Virus record (IMG/VR): IMGVR_UViG_3300037311_000137
Coordinates: 1 to 36,054 of that record
DNA length: 36,054 nt
DNA from: a virus
Strand: one strand, 5' to 3'
Numbering within the stretch: position 1 is the stretch's first letter; each line of letters begins with the position of its first letter. Shown one piece after another: positions 6,440-13,490 of the stretch. The position numbers were made by a program, and so were the translations under genes. The notes below the pieces were generated by a model. The model was given only the letters and a program-made list of their open reading frames with translations. It was not told the DNA's origin and searched no databases.

Positions 6440-7057
6440 ATGTACCTAAACTGTAACTTCCCCTTGTTGAAGGCCAATTTCAGGCTTGAGTTCGCATACA
6501 ACCTAGAGCGAAAAGCCGGGCTTGTACCTTGCATGATCTTCGGTGTCGCGTCCATTCCGGGGCGTGCTTTAGGGTTCCACTGCATGTTAGAGAACGGCGC
6601 TCAGTTCGCTCGTATGCCCTTACACGCGTTTAGGGTGGGGAAACATGAGGGAGACGATACAACACCCCTCCTAAGCGATCTGGAGGCTTGGGACGCGCTC
6701 TCGTACGACGTGAGCTGCACTCAGTACGCATATCTTAAAAACATGGCCTGCGAGTATTGGGTGAAAGACAAGGGTTGGGTCAAAGCTCAATATTTTGCGA
6801 CGATAGACTTTGCAGAAAACCCCGAAAGACTCACTACGTTTTCAGAAATGCCTGATGAGCATAAGTGTGCGCACGTTCTCATTAGGGAGGACGGGAATAT
6901 TGCAGCTCAACCCAATAACCGCATTCGATGGATCGACAAAGCGTTTATCACAGCCCCCTTCGTTGAAAGACCCGATTTTAAGGTCAACACACACGTCTTT
7001 GAAAGCGAATCAGCTGTGAGTGAAAACTCGGACGCTTACTTCTATCGTGAGAGTTAA
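6440..7057 (+). CDS. Hypothetical early protein (205 aa)
   Basis: Track ORF and first gene of the rightward block. No SD seen, so the start is uncertain. Confidence 0.65.
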   Translation: MYLNCNFPLLKANFRLEFAYNLERKAGLVPCMIFGVASIPGRALGFHCMLENGAQFARMPLHAFRVGKHEGDDTTPLLSDLEAWDALSYDVSCTQYAYLKNMACEYWVKDKGWVKAQYFATIDFAENPERLTTFSEMPDEHKCAHVLIREDGNIAAQPNNRIRWIDKAFITAPFVERPDFKVNTHVFESESAVSENSDAYFYRES

Positions 7058-7113
7058 AATCACTTAACACTTGAGTTGTTGAAAACTTTCATGCCCTGGT
7101 GTTTAAAGCGCTC

Positions 7114-7464
7114 ATGAACACAGTAATACTTTCAGGACGCGTTGGTGCAGACTCAGAGCTTAAAACCACAAGAAATGGAAAGCCTTACACACAATTCTCG
7201 GTGGCCGTAAATCGGAAATCACCCACTGGAGACGTGAGCGCTAGCTGGTTTGATGTCACATGGTTTTCAGATCATGCGCGCATTCTATCTAAAGGCGACT
7301 ACGTAGTGGTGTATGGCTCCCTCACTCAAGAGACATGGACTGACAAAAGCGGTCAAAAGCGGTACGCGGTTAAAGTCATTGCAAATCAAGTGGTCGTAGC
7401 TGGTAAAACACTTGCAAGTGATGCGCCTCCGCAATCGTCTTTTGAGGACGATGTCTCATGGTAG
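7114..7464 (+). CDS. ssb: Single-stranded DNA-binding protein (116 aa)
   Basis: MNTVILSGRVGADSELKTTRNGKPYTQFSVAVNR... is an OB-fold SSB pattern with an acidic tail SSFEDDVSW. The GTG at 7099 is an alternative start. Confidence 0.85.
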   Translation: MNTVILSGRVGADSELKTTRNGKPYTQFSVAVNRKSPTGDVSASWFDVTWFSDHARILSKGDYVVVYGSLTQETWTDKSGQKRYAVKVIANQVVVAGKTLASDAPPQSSFEDDVSW

Positions 7465-7625
7465 GCGTTGAGCTTTACGCCAGATATATACTTATGGCCT
7501 CGTTCGCCATTGGTTGCGGTGTGTTCTTGTCTCTTCTCTTGGTTGAGATTTGTGTGACCTATTACAAGTCTAAGAAGCAAAAGCGAATATTGTCAGATGC
7601 TTGGGAGAGGTGGGCGAAAAAATGA
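7458..7625 (+). CDS. Small single-TM protein (55 aa)
   Basis: Hand-translated as MVGVELYARYILMASFAIGCGVFLSLLLVEICVTYYKSKKQKRILSDAWERWAKK. It overlaps the ssb stop and forms an ATGA junction with the next gene. Confidence 0.45.
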   Translation: MVGVELYARYILMASFAIGCGVFLSLLLVEICVTYYKSKKQKRILSDAWERWAKK

Positions 7626-8365
7626 AAGCATACCGAAACGGAATTACTAAGACTCAGTTCGTAGCTGAGCTTAAGAAGCACCAAAAGGCAGATCGGTTTC
7701 TTCAAGGTACCTATTGGAATAATGAGGCAAATCGCGGATGTGCTGTGGGGTGCGGCATTAAGTCGATCAATGAATTAAAGCAAAAAAGATTTGGAGCCAA
7801 TAACCACGAAGCGCTTTCTGAATCACTCGGATGGCCTCTTTGGCTCGTGAGACTAGAAGACCGAATATTTGAAAATGTGTCGGTCAAACGATCAAAAACC
7901 TGGCCCGTTGAGGTTGCAGGCGCTATAAAGTCAGGCGCTAATTTAGATCAGGCACTCAACCCTATTCTGATAGAGATTCTAAAGGTTGCAGCGACGGCGG
8001 TTGAAGGAAAAGAAGACCAATATTCTAAGAAATCCTTGAGTGCAATAAAACAAGTTATCAAAGGTTTGTCTGGTAAAGGATCGTTAGACAGAGCTTCTGC
8101 TGCTGCTGCTGCTGCTGCTCGTGCTGCTGCTTATGCTGCTGCTTATGCTGATGTTCGTGCTGCTGCTGATGCTGCTCGTGCTGCTGCTTATGCTGCTGCT
8201 TATGCTGATGTTCGTGCTGCTGCTGATGCTGCTCGTGCTGCTGCTTATGCTGCTGCTTATGCTGCTGCTTGTGCTTCTTTTTCTTTTAACACCCCTGATG
8301 CTTACTCCCACGCAATGGAAACAATCGCCGACAAGGTGCTTGAGGTGTTGAGGAGCACGAAATGA
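7622..8365 (+). CDS. Protein with a globular N-domain (CAVGCG motif) and Ala-rich tandem repeats (247 aa)
   Basis: ATG at 7622 forms an ATGA overlap with the upstream ORF. The C-terminal half is RAAAYAAAYADVRAAADAA x2.6. Confidence 0.8.
   Translation: MKAYRNGITKTQFVAELKKHQKADRFLQGTYWNNEANRGCAVGCGIKSINELKQKRFGANNHEALSESLGWPLWLVRLEDRIFENVSVKRSKTWPVEVAGAIKSGANLDQALNPILIEILKVAATAVEGKEDQYSKKSLSAIKQVIKGLSGKGSLDRASAAAAAAARAAAYAAAYADVRAAADAARAAAYAAAYADVRAAADAARAAAYAAAYAAACASFSFNTPDAYSHAMETIADKVLEVLRSTK
8120..8272. repeat. 57-bp tandem repeat x2.6 (two units 100% identical)
   Basis: Units 8120-8176 and 8177-8233 are identical. A third, partial unit follows. Every Ala codon in 8094-8275 is GCT. Confidence 0.9.
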
Positions 8366-8982
8366 AAAACGAAATTGTAATCGGTGGCGTGAAATACGTG
8401 AGAGCGGATTCTGTGGAAAAAACATTAGGCGTGAATTGGTCCTATGGCGTGAATAGGTCCAATGGCGTGAATGGGTCCTATGGCGTGAATAGGTCCGATG
8501 GCGTGAATGGGTCCGATGGCGTGAATTGGTCCGATGGCGTGAATAGGTCCAATGGCGTGAATGGGTCCTATGGCGTGAATGGGTCCAATGGCGTGAATTG
8601 GTCCCATGGCGTGAATGGGTCCTATGGCGTGAATTGGTCCTATGGCGTGAACAAATCAGCTGGTGTCAATCGTTCGGTTTTTGTCAGCAATCAAAGGGCA
8701 CAAAGCCTGCTCTTTAACAAACCAGTCGATGAGTCACGCGTATCTGACGTCATGGAAAGCTTGCTTCAGCGTTTATGCGGCTGGCGTCCGAAATATAACG
8801 ACATTCACAAGCTTTATCTCGCCAATGGTTCTGACTGGAAATTGACTCCAATATCAGAGGCGAAAGAGCTGTCAAAAGAAGAAGCGTGGGCCGATATGCC
8901 AAAAGAGGCAATTGACTATCTGAAATCAATTCCCGAATTCGATGCCCAAGTGTTTTTTGAGGTTACAGGTTTAAAAGTTTAG
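8362..8982 (+). CDS. Hexapeptide-repeat protein, 14 x G-V-N-x-S-x followed by a ~100-aa C-terminal domain (206 aa)
   Basis: ATGA-coupled to the upstream gene. Fourteen consecutive 6-residue units are read from the translation. Confidence 0.8.
   Translation: MKNEIVIGGVKYVRADSVEKTLGVNWSYGVNRSNGVNGSYGVNRSDGVNGSDGVNWSDGVNRSNGVNGSYGVNGSNGVNWSHGVNGSYGVNWSYGVNKSAGVNRSVFVSNQRAQSLLFNKPVDESRVSDVMESLLQRLCGWRPKYNDIHKLYLANGSDWKLTPISEAKELSKEEAWADMPKEAIDYLKSIPEFDAQVFFEVTGLKV
8428..8679. repeat. 18-bp tandem repeat GGCGTGAATNGGTCCNAT, 12 near-identical plus 2 degenerate units
   Basis: Units listed by hand from 8428. The first 12 differ only at unit positions 10 and 16. Confidence 0.95.
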
Positions 8983-8998
8983 ATAGTCCGGGGGGACA

Positions 8999-9190
8999 AT
9001 GACGATAGTTCAGTTCGCTTTGTTTATGTGTGGGCTTTCTAAAAACGGTGTGTGGTTAAACGCGACACCGAATCAAAAGATTCAATGCTACGAGAGGGTT
9101 ATGGAATGTTTTGAGGACTACGGTCACGGCACCGTCGGGGTCGAGGTTTGTTATAGGTACGCGTTGAAACTGAGAGGAGTTTTGAGGTGA
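8999..9190 (+). CDS. Hypothetical small protein (63 aa)
   Basis: Track ORF with a G-rich SD (GGGGGGAC) directly upstream. Confidence 0.6.
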   Translation: MTIVQFALFMCGLSKNGVWLNATPNQKIQCYERVMECFEDYGHGTVGVEVCYRYALKLRGVLR

Positions 9191-9564
9191 GCATTCACTT
9201 GGGCAATAAGCTTAGAAGACTAAGAGTAGAGAATGAGATAACAATAAGAGATCTCTCAAGGAAAATTGGATTAACTGAAGCCGCAATATCTCAAATAGAA
9301 AATAACAAAAGAACGCCAAGTATTTCCTCAATCATAAAGATTGCTGATTTTTTTGTGGTGTCGATTGACTATTTGGTAAGTAAAAGAGCGTCTTTGATTT
9401 TTTCCGATTATTTTCATGACAAAGAGTTTGCTTTTATTTTTTCAGTTTACGCACAAATGACAAAAAAACAGAAAGAAGAGCTTAAGAGGTATCTTCTTTT
9501 TATTCGCTCAAGCGACAAAATTAATCTGAATTGCCATGATAGAGAGGAGTGTTCACGTGAGTAA
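9187..9564 (+). CDS. XRE-family helix-turn-helix transcriptional regulator (125 aa)
   Basis: LGNKLRRLRVENEITIRDLSRKIGLTEAAISQIENNKRTPSISSIIKIADFF is a classic Cro/CI-type HTH. GTG start with GAGGAG 7 nt upstream. Confidence 0.85.
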   Translation: MSIHLGNKLRRLRVENEITIRDLSRKIGLTEAAISQIENNKRTPSISSIIKIADFFVVSIDYLVSKRASLIFSDYFHDKEFAFIFSVYAQMTKKQKEELKRYLLFIRSSDKINLNCHDREECSRE

Positions 9565-9868
9565 ATATTTAGTTAGTGATCCGCATTCTAATATCACGAA
9601 AGAGTTTGACACCCCGGAGGATGCCCTGGCCTTCGCAAACGAACTCATAAAACACCAATTGGATTCAGGTGGCTGGGGCGAAGAGGTAGAGGATATCGCG
9701 ATATCAAAGATCATATATCGAGCTGAAGCCTCTAAGGTTGTGGAGAAAAAAGATTTTACAATCTGGGACGACTCCACAGGCCGTTGGAGTAATTCTGAAG
9801 GCGAACTATGGCCTGAGGTTGACGATGGAATTGATTTATATGTGGAATACACAATGAAGGAGTGTTGA
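9557..9868 (+). CDS. Hypothetical protein (103 aa)
   Basis: GTG at 9557 is preceded by GAGAGGAG at 7 nt, the same junction motif as at 9187 and 9870. The ATG at 9536 lacks an SD. Confidence 0.6.
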   Translation: MSKYLVSDPHSNITKEFDTPEDALAFANELIKHQLDSGGWGEEVEDIAISKIIYRAEASKVVEKKDFTIWDDSTGRWSNSEGELWPEVDDGIDLYVEYTMKEC

Positions 9869-9869
9869 G

Positions 9870-10118
9870 GTGAGTAAAACAATACCGTTTTTGTGGATCA
9901 AGTCCGATAAATATAAGGACTATCGCTCAAATCCTTCGAGGGTTATCTCGATTGATGAAAGCGGCTACTCCGTGGTCGAATGCGATCTACGATGGAATGA
10001 ATCGGGTGCGACACTTGCCCCTGGAACTTGGGAGTACGACCTAGAAGCGATAAGAGCCGAAATAGTGAAAACGATGACGGCCACTGAATGCCTCAATCGG
10101 TTAAAGGAGATTTTATGA
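9870..10118 (+). CDS. Hypothetical protein (82 aa)
   Basis: GTG start with AAGGAG 7 nt upstream. Confidence 0.65.
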   Translation: MSKTIPFLWIKSDKYKDYRSNPSRVISIDESGYSVVECDLRWNESGATLAPGTWEYDLEAIRAEIVKTMTATECLNRLKEIL

Positions 10119-10294
10119 AGACATACTTAGGCGCTTCGATTTACTGCGAGTACGATCACGGGTATTTCAAAGTTTATATTGATAACGGTCTCGGTAAGCA
10201 GTCTGAGATATTTTTTGGGTTCCGTGAGATTGATGCATTAAATGCTTTTGCCGCACACTGCCTTCAGCAAGAGCGTGATGTAGAGGAACAATGA
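10115..10294 (+). CDS. Hypothetical protein (59 aa)
   Basis: ATG at 10115 forms an ATGA overlap, with AAGGAG upstream. The track start at 10088 is less likely. Confidence 0.6.
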   Translation: MKTYLGASIYCEYDHGYFKVYIDNGLGKQSEIFFGFREIDALNAFAAHCLQQERDVEEQ

Positions 10295-10316
10295 GAGCAG
10301 AGAGCGAAGTCATTTG

Positions 10317-10568
10317 TTATCGCTTTCGATGCTTCCGTGGATCGCTTGCATCACAATACCTCAAGTGATTCAAACACCATCCCTTCCCACGACGGCGATA
10401 CTTCCGATCAGGGAGACTAAGCCAGTGCTCAATCGGTAACTTTTTCTTTACAAGCCGATAGTACCAAGTTGCTGGCTCGTAGCCAAAAATCTCAGAGAGT
10501 TCGTTTAAGGTGTAAAGGTCGCCGTTGTATTCGAACCTCAAGGCGCCTGAGCCACGTTTGCGAGGCAT
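10317..10568 (-). CDS. Small basic, probably DNA-binding protein (83 aa)
   Basis: Track ORF with an HTH-like YTLNELSEIFGYEPATWYYRL segment and an Arg/Lys-rich tail. GGAG lies 8 nt upstream. Confidence 0.65.
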   Translation of the reverse strand: MPRKRGSGALRFEYNGDLYTLNELSEIFGYEPATWYYRLVKKKLPIEHWLSLPDRKYRRRGKGWCLNHLRYCDASDPRKHRKR

Positions 10569-10609
10569 TAGAATAGCTCCAATTGAAGCATATGTTCGGT
10601 TCCTTTGTT

Positions 10610-10834
10610 TTAGTCCAGTTCCGATAAGCCTCGGCGAGCCTCTAGTCGGAGCATTTTTTCATATTCTAACTGCAATTTAAGAAGATTAGTAATCTTGTCT
10701 GCTGCGTTGCAGGCGGCATTCACGGTTGATGGATTGCAGTCTTTTTTTGTAACTTCGGTCATCATTGCTTCTAAGTTTGTAACAACGGTTTTTACTGAAA
10801 ATCTTTCAGCGTCTTTTTTTGTGATCTCGGTCAT
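10610..10834 (-). CDS. Hypothetical protein with the internal duplication MTEITKKD/MTEVTKKD (74 aa)
   Basis: Track ORF overlapping the upstream gene by 29 nt. Confidence 0.5.
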   Translation of the reverse strand: MTEITKKDAERFSVKTVVTNLEAMMTEVTKKDCNPSTVNAACNAADKITNLLKLQLEYEKMLRLEARRGLSELD

Positions 10835-11438
10835 ACTCTCTCCTTATTTTATTTAGACGATTTTTGATCGTTTGCCTGTTTTTGGTGCCGTGAATCCACG
10901 CTTGAAAAAGCGCCATGGCTCTTATAGTTGATTTTAACGAATCATTCTCAATCAAGTCTTTAAGCTCATTTAAGTCAACCCACAAAACAATCTTAGGGTG
11001 AAAGCCTGTTTTGTTTTTTTTATTGCCGCCACTGCGGGCTCTGGTCTCTATTGCTCTTTTTTTGATTTTTTCAATATGAAACCAAGACGCGGGAATGCCG
11101 TTTATGTATACAGAACTACATTTTAGTCTAGCGAGCGCTTCTTTCACTGAATGGTATGATCCGCGTTTTAGTCTTTTTGCGATATATTCTCGCGGTACAA
11201 TTCCTGCGTTTCTTATTAAAAACAGAGTTTCTTTTAGTGCCCAGGCGTCTTTTCGGCGAAAATCTTTGCGTTTAAACTCTAGTCCTCTTTTCCTTGCTAG
11301 GTATGTGTAGGTTTTAATTCTTACAATCGGCACCTTGTATTTCTTTGCGCACTCACTGTAACTGTGGTCTGCGTAATACCGCATAAATTCAGACAAAAAT
11401 TTATCCGAATATTTCTGGTTGAAGTGTGCTTTTTTCAT
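10806..11438 (-). CDS. Hypothetical highly basic protein (210 aa)
   Basis: Track ORF, ATGA-type coupled to the upstream gene. Confidence 0.7.
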   Translation of the reverse strand: MKKAHFNQKYSDKFLSEFMRYYADHSYSECAKKYKVPIVRIKTYTYLARKRGLEFKRKDFRRKDAWALKETLFLIRNAGIVPREYIAKRLKRGSYHSVKEALARLKCSSVYINGIPASWFHIEKIKKRAIETRARSGGNKKNKTGFHPKIVLWVDLNELKDLIENDSLKSTIRAMALFQAWIHGTKNRQTIKNRLNKIRREYDRDHKKRR

Positions 11439-12037
11439 ATCTCAAACCAGTTGTCGAACTTTAGCCACAAGATTTTTTCTTTAATTTTTTTGTTCTTTGC
11501 TTTTATTTGTTGCAGCTTTTGTTGCTTACAAAAAAAGGAGTATTTTCCTTGAGTTGCTTCGTTTACTATTTGAGTAATTCTACACTCGGAGATTGACAGA
11601 GCCTTGCTTATAGATCTTCTTGAAACCCCAACCATCAAAGCTTTTAATATAGCTTCTTTAATCTCTCTATTTCGTCCTCTAATCTGCAAATATGATCTAT
11701 CACACAATTCACCATATCCATTACTTCCTGATTCCTCTGAAGCATGCTCTCCAATTGACTCAATGAGGTTACCCCACGAGAGAGGATTTTTGACATTTCT
11801 TCGTTCGACTGATGAAGCAGTCCGCGTGTCTCCGAAAGTGTGCCGTAAATAGTCGATATACCACCAGTTAAGGTTAATAAGCTTTCTTTCCGGAAGCCTC
11901 TCAATGATCCACCCTGCAAAATCATAAGCAATCGATTCGTCTGTCCGGGATTGTTTTTGTTTTTTTCCATATTTTAAAGCAACGTTGTATAGTTCAACTG
12001 CCCAAATTTCGTCTTCAAGCTTTACTGTTTTAGACAT
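11435..12037 (-). CDS. Putative sigma-70 region-4-like / HTH regulator (200 aa)
   Basis: The C-terminal EAILKALMVGVSRRSISKALSISECRITQIVNEA resembles a sigma region 4.2 HTH. This assignment rests on recognition only. Confidence 0.65.
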   Translation of the reverse strand: MSKTVKLEDEIWAVELYNVALKYGKKQKQSRTDESIAYDFAGWIIERLPERKLINLNWWYIDYLRHTFGDTRTASSVERRNVKNPLSWGNLIESIGEHASEESGSNGYGELCDRSYLQIRGRNREIKEAILKALMVGVSRRSISKALSISECRITQIVNEATQGKYSFFCKQQKLQQIKAKNKKIKEKILWLKFDNWFEI

Positions 12038-12288
12038 GGGTTAACCCTTAGTTTCCGACAATCAGGCATGAGGTCCCGCCTCGCTTGCCCCTCGATCTGA
12101 GCACCATGAGCACGCCCAGACAAGTTATCCACACTCGAGTGTTGATATGTGGAACAACCCATGAGCATCGTGAACATTAAGAAAAATGTCGCTCCAATGA
12201 AATAAATAGCAACAGCCGCTAAAGCGTAGTCGATCAAAACATCAAACAATACGCGCAGTCGATTCTTAAAGTTTCTTGATGATTGCAT
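12022..12288 (-). CDS. Possible membrane/lipoprotein (88 aa)
   Basis: An internal Met start gives a hydrophobic segment ending in LMGC. The longer form (to 12396) would be fully antisense to the 12314..12505 gene. Confidence 0.35.
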   Translation of the reverse strand: MQSSRNFKNRLRVLFDVLIDYALAAVAIYFIGATFFLMFTMLMGCSTYQHSSVDNLSGRAHGAQIEGQARRDLMPDCRKLRVNPCLKQ

Positions 12289-12313
12289 AACAAAATTAAG
12301 ATAATCACACTTT

Positions 12314-12505
12314 ATGAATATTACATTACAAAAAACGTTGGCGACTGAACTTAAAACTTTGAAATCTCGTGCTGTAGCAATTGAAGCGTTGCTCAAAACT
12401 TTTGAGAGCGATGCACCAAAGGTAAAGACGACACGTGCTCCTTCAGAAAAAAGACGTGGAAGACCTAAAAAAGTTGTGGCAGGTACTGAAACTAAATTGG
12501 CGTAA
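12314..12505 (+). CDS. Small AT-hook-like protein (63 aa, RRGRPKK)
   Basis: Track ORF with a helical N-terminus and an RGRP motif, followed by its own terminator. Confidence 0.55.
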   Translation: MNITLQKTLATELKTLKSRAVAIEALLKTFESDAPKVKTTRAPSEKRRGRPKKVVAGTETKLA

Positions 12506-12538
12506 AATTACCGTTTCCTCGGTACGCTAAAATACAGG

Positions 12539-12575
12539 CCCCCTGGCGGCAATGGTGCTTTCAGGGGGATTTTCT
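12539..12575 (+). terminator. Rho-independent terminator
   Basis: CCCCCTG pairs with CAGGGGG (7 bp) around a 16-nt loop, followed by ATTTTCT. Confidence 0.6.
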
Positions 12576-12577
12576 CT

Positions 12578-13057
12578 GTGTCAAAATACAAAGCCAAAAA
12601 AGTTGAAATCGATGGAAAACGCTTTGATAGCGCGTTTGAGGGAAGCGTGTATTTGCTTCTTAAATCCATCGAAGGACTTAAGATTCATTCCCGACAAGAC
12701 AAGGTCTATCTCTCCAAAGCAAACATTCTCTACAAGCCTGACTTCACGTGCCAATTTAATGACACGTTTTTCTTTGTCGAAGCCAAAGGCATGGTAACTC
12801 CTGTGTGGGGTATCAAAAAGCGGCTTTACAAAGCGTATGGGTATGACCCACTTGTGATCATCACAGCGCGTAAGGTTGAAGTGATAATCCCTGACAATTG
12901 CGCTTGCGATGAGTCTAGGCTTCCCACACAATTGCTTCATGGGCGCGTATCCTCAAAGTCTAGCATTTCTAAAGCGCGTGGATCTAAGCTTGGTGAAGCG
13001 CGTAGCAGACTCAGAACAAGTGGACGCAAGCCTTCTCTTGTCCGTCGTAGGCGTTGA
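12578..13057 (+). CDS. DUF1064-like PD-(D/E)xK nuclease (159 aa as drawn)
   Basis: MSKYKAKKVEIDGKRFDSAFEG...KPDF...FFVEAKG matches the DUF1064 pattern and the D..ExK motif. The C-terminal ~50 aa overlap the next gene and may not all be real. Confidence 0.7.
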   Translation: MSKYKAKKVEIDGKRFDSAFEGSVYLLLKSIEGLKIHSRQDKVYLSKANILYKPDFTCQFNDTFFFVEAKGMVTPVWGIKKRLYKAYGYDPLVIITARKVEVIIPDNCACDESRLPTQLLHGRVSSKSSISKARGSKLGEARSRLRTSGRKPSLVRRRR

Positions 13058-13457
13058 GAGCGCTGGCAAAGCCTTTGCGGTTAGATATGAGCCGCACTAC
13101 CGATGGACGCTTAAGCCCTACATGTTCGCAGCTCAAAACAACATCACGGAAGAGACTGAGCTTTTATGCCAAAAGACCTCATGGGGTTTGTGCCAGGTCA
13201 TGGGTGCGGTCGCTCGAGAGCATGGCCATAATGGGCTACTCACAGAGCTTGTGGTCGCTGAAACGGGACTCAAGTTTGGTGCGATTCATTTGAGACGTAG
13301 GTGTCTAAAGCACCCATCCCTTGGAGACGTATTTGCTACCTACAACGCGGGGTCTCCACGTAAGCAAGCGGGTAAGTATTTCCCCGCAAGCACTCACGCG
13401 TACGTTTCAAAAGCAATGCATCTCTATGATGTTATTACGAAATTAAAGGTCATTTGA
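12909..13457 (+). CDS. SLT-domain lytic transglycosylase (endolysin candidate, 182 aa)
   Basis: LLLSVVGVESAGKAFAVRYEP (catalytic Glu context), TSWGLCQVMG and ATYNAG. The start is uncertain (12909, 12939 or an internal GTG). Confidence 0.85.
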   Translation: MSLGFPHNCFMGAYPQSLAFLKRVDLSLVKRVADSEQVDASLLLSVVGVESAGKAFAVRYEPHYRWTLKPYMFAAQNNITEETELLCQKTSWGLCQVMGAVAREHGHNGLLTELVVAETGLKFGAIHLRRRCLKHPSLGDVFATYNAGSPRKQAGKYFPASTHAYVSKAMHLYDVITKLKVI

Positions 13458-13490
13458 ATTAAGGTCAAAGCTTTGATCCTATAAAAAAAG

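Noticed and set aside
8084-8425. Ser-rich minus-strand ORF (113 aa) and Leu-rich plus-strand ORF (8121..8351) over the Ala-repeat region
   Set aside because: Both are frame shadows of (GCT)n DNA. Only the Ala frame is continuous with a globular N-terminal domain and the ATGA-coupled junctions.
8425-8607. 60-aa minus-strand ORF made of (IGPIHA)n
   Set aside because: It is the reverse-complement shadow of the 18-bp tandem repeat. It has no independent start context. The plus-strand frame continues into a non-repetitive C-terminal domain and is coupled to its neighbours.
8428-8643. Diversity-generating retroelement (DGR) variable region
   Set aside because: No reverse transcriptase ORF and no template-repeat copy exist anywhere in the 35.9-kb genome. 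The variation is between tandem units rather than between a TR/VR pair.
8428-8679. Possible CRISPR array, because of many short identical direct repeats
   Set aside because: The repeats are head-to-tail with no spacers. The unit is only 18 bp and lies in frame within a coding sequence. No cas genes are present.
12022-12396. Full 124-aa version of the minus-strand membrane ORF
   Set aside because: The extra 36 codons are antisense to the whole N-terminus of the terminator-equipped AT-hook gene and add a non-hydrophobic, Cys/Phe/Asn-rich leader. The internal Met at 12288 is preferred, still at low confidence.
13461-13490. Hairpin GGTCAA-AGCT-TTGA(T)CC as a bidirectional terminator between the SLT gene and the tRNA-like gene
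   Set aside because: It has only 6 bp with a bulge. On the plus strand an A-run rather than a T-run follows, and on the minus strand the T7 run precedes the stem. It is too weak to call.
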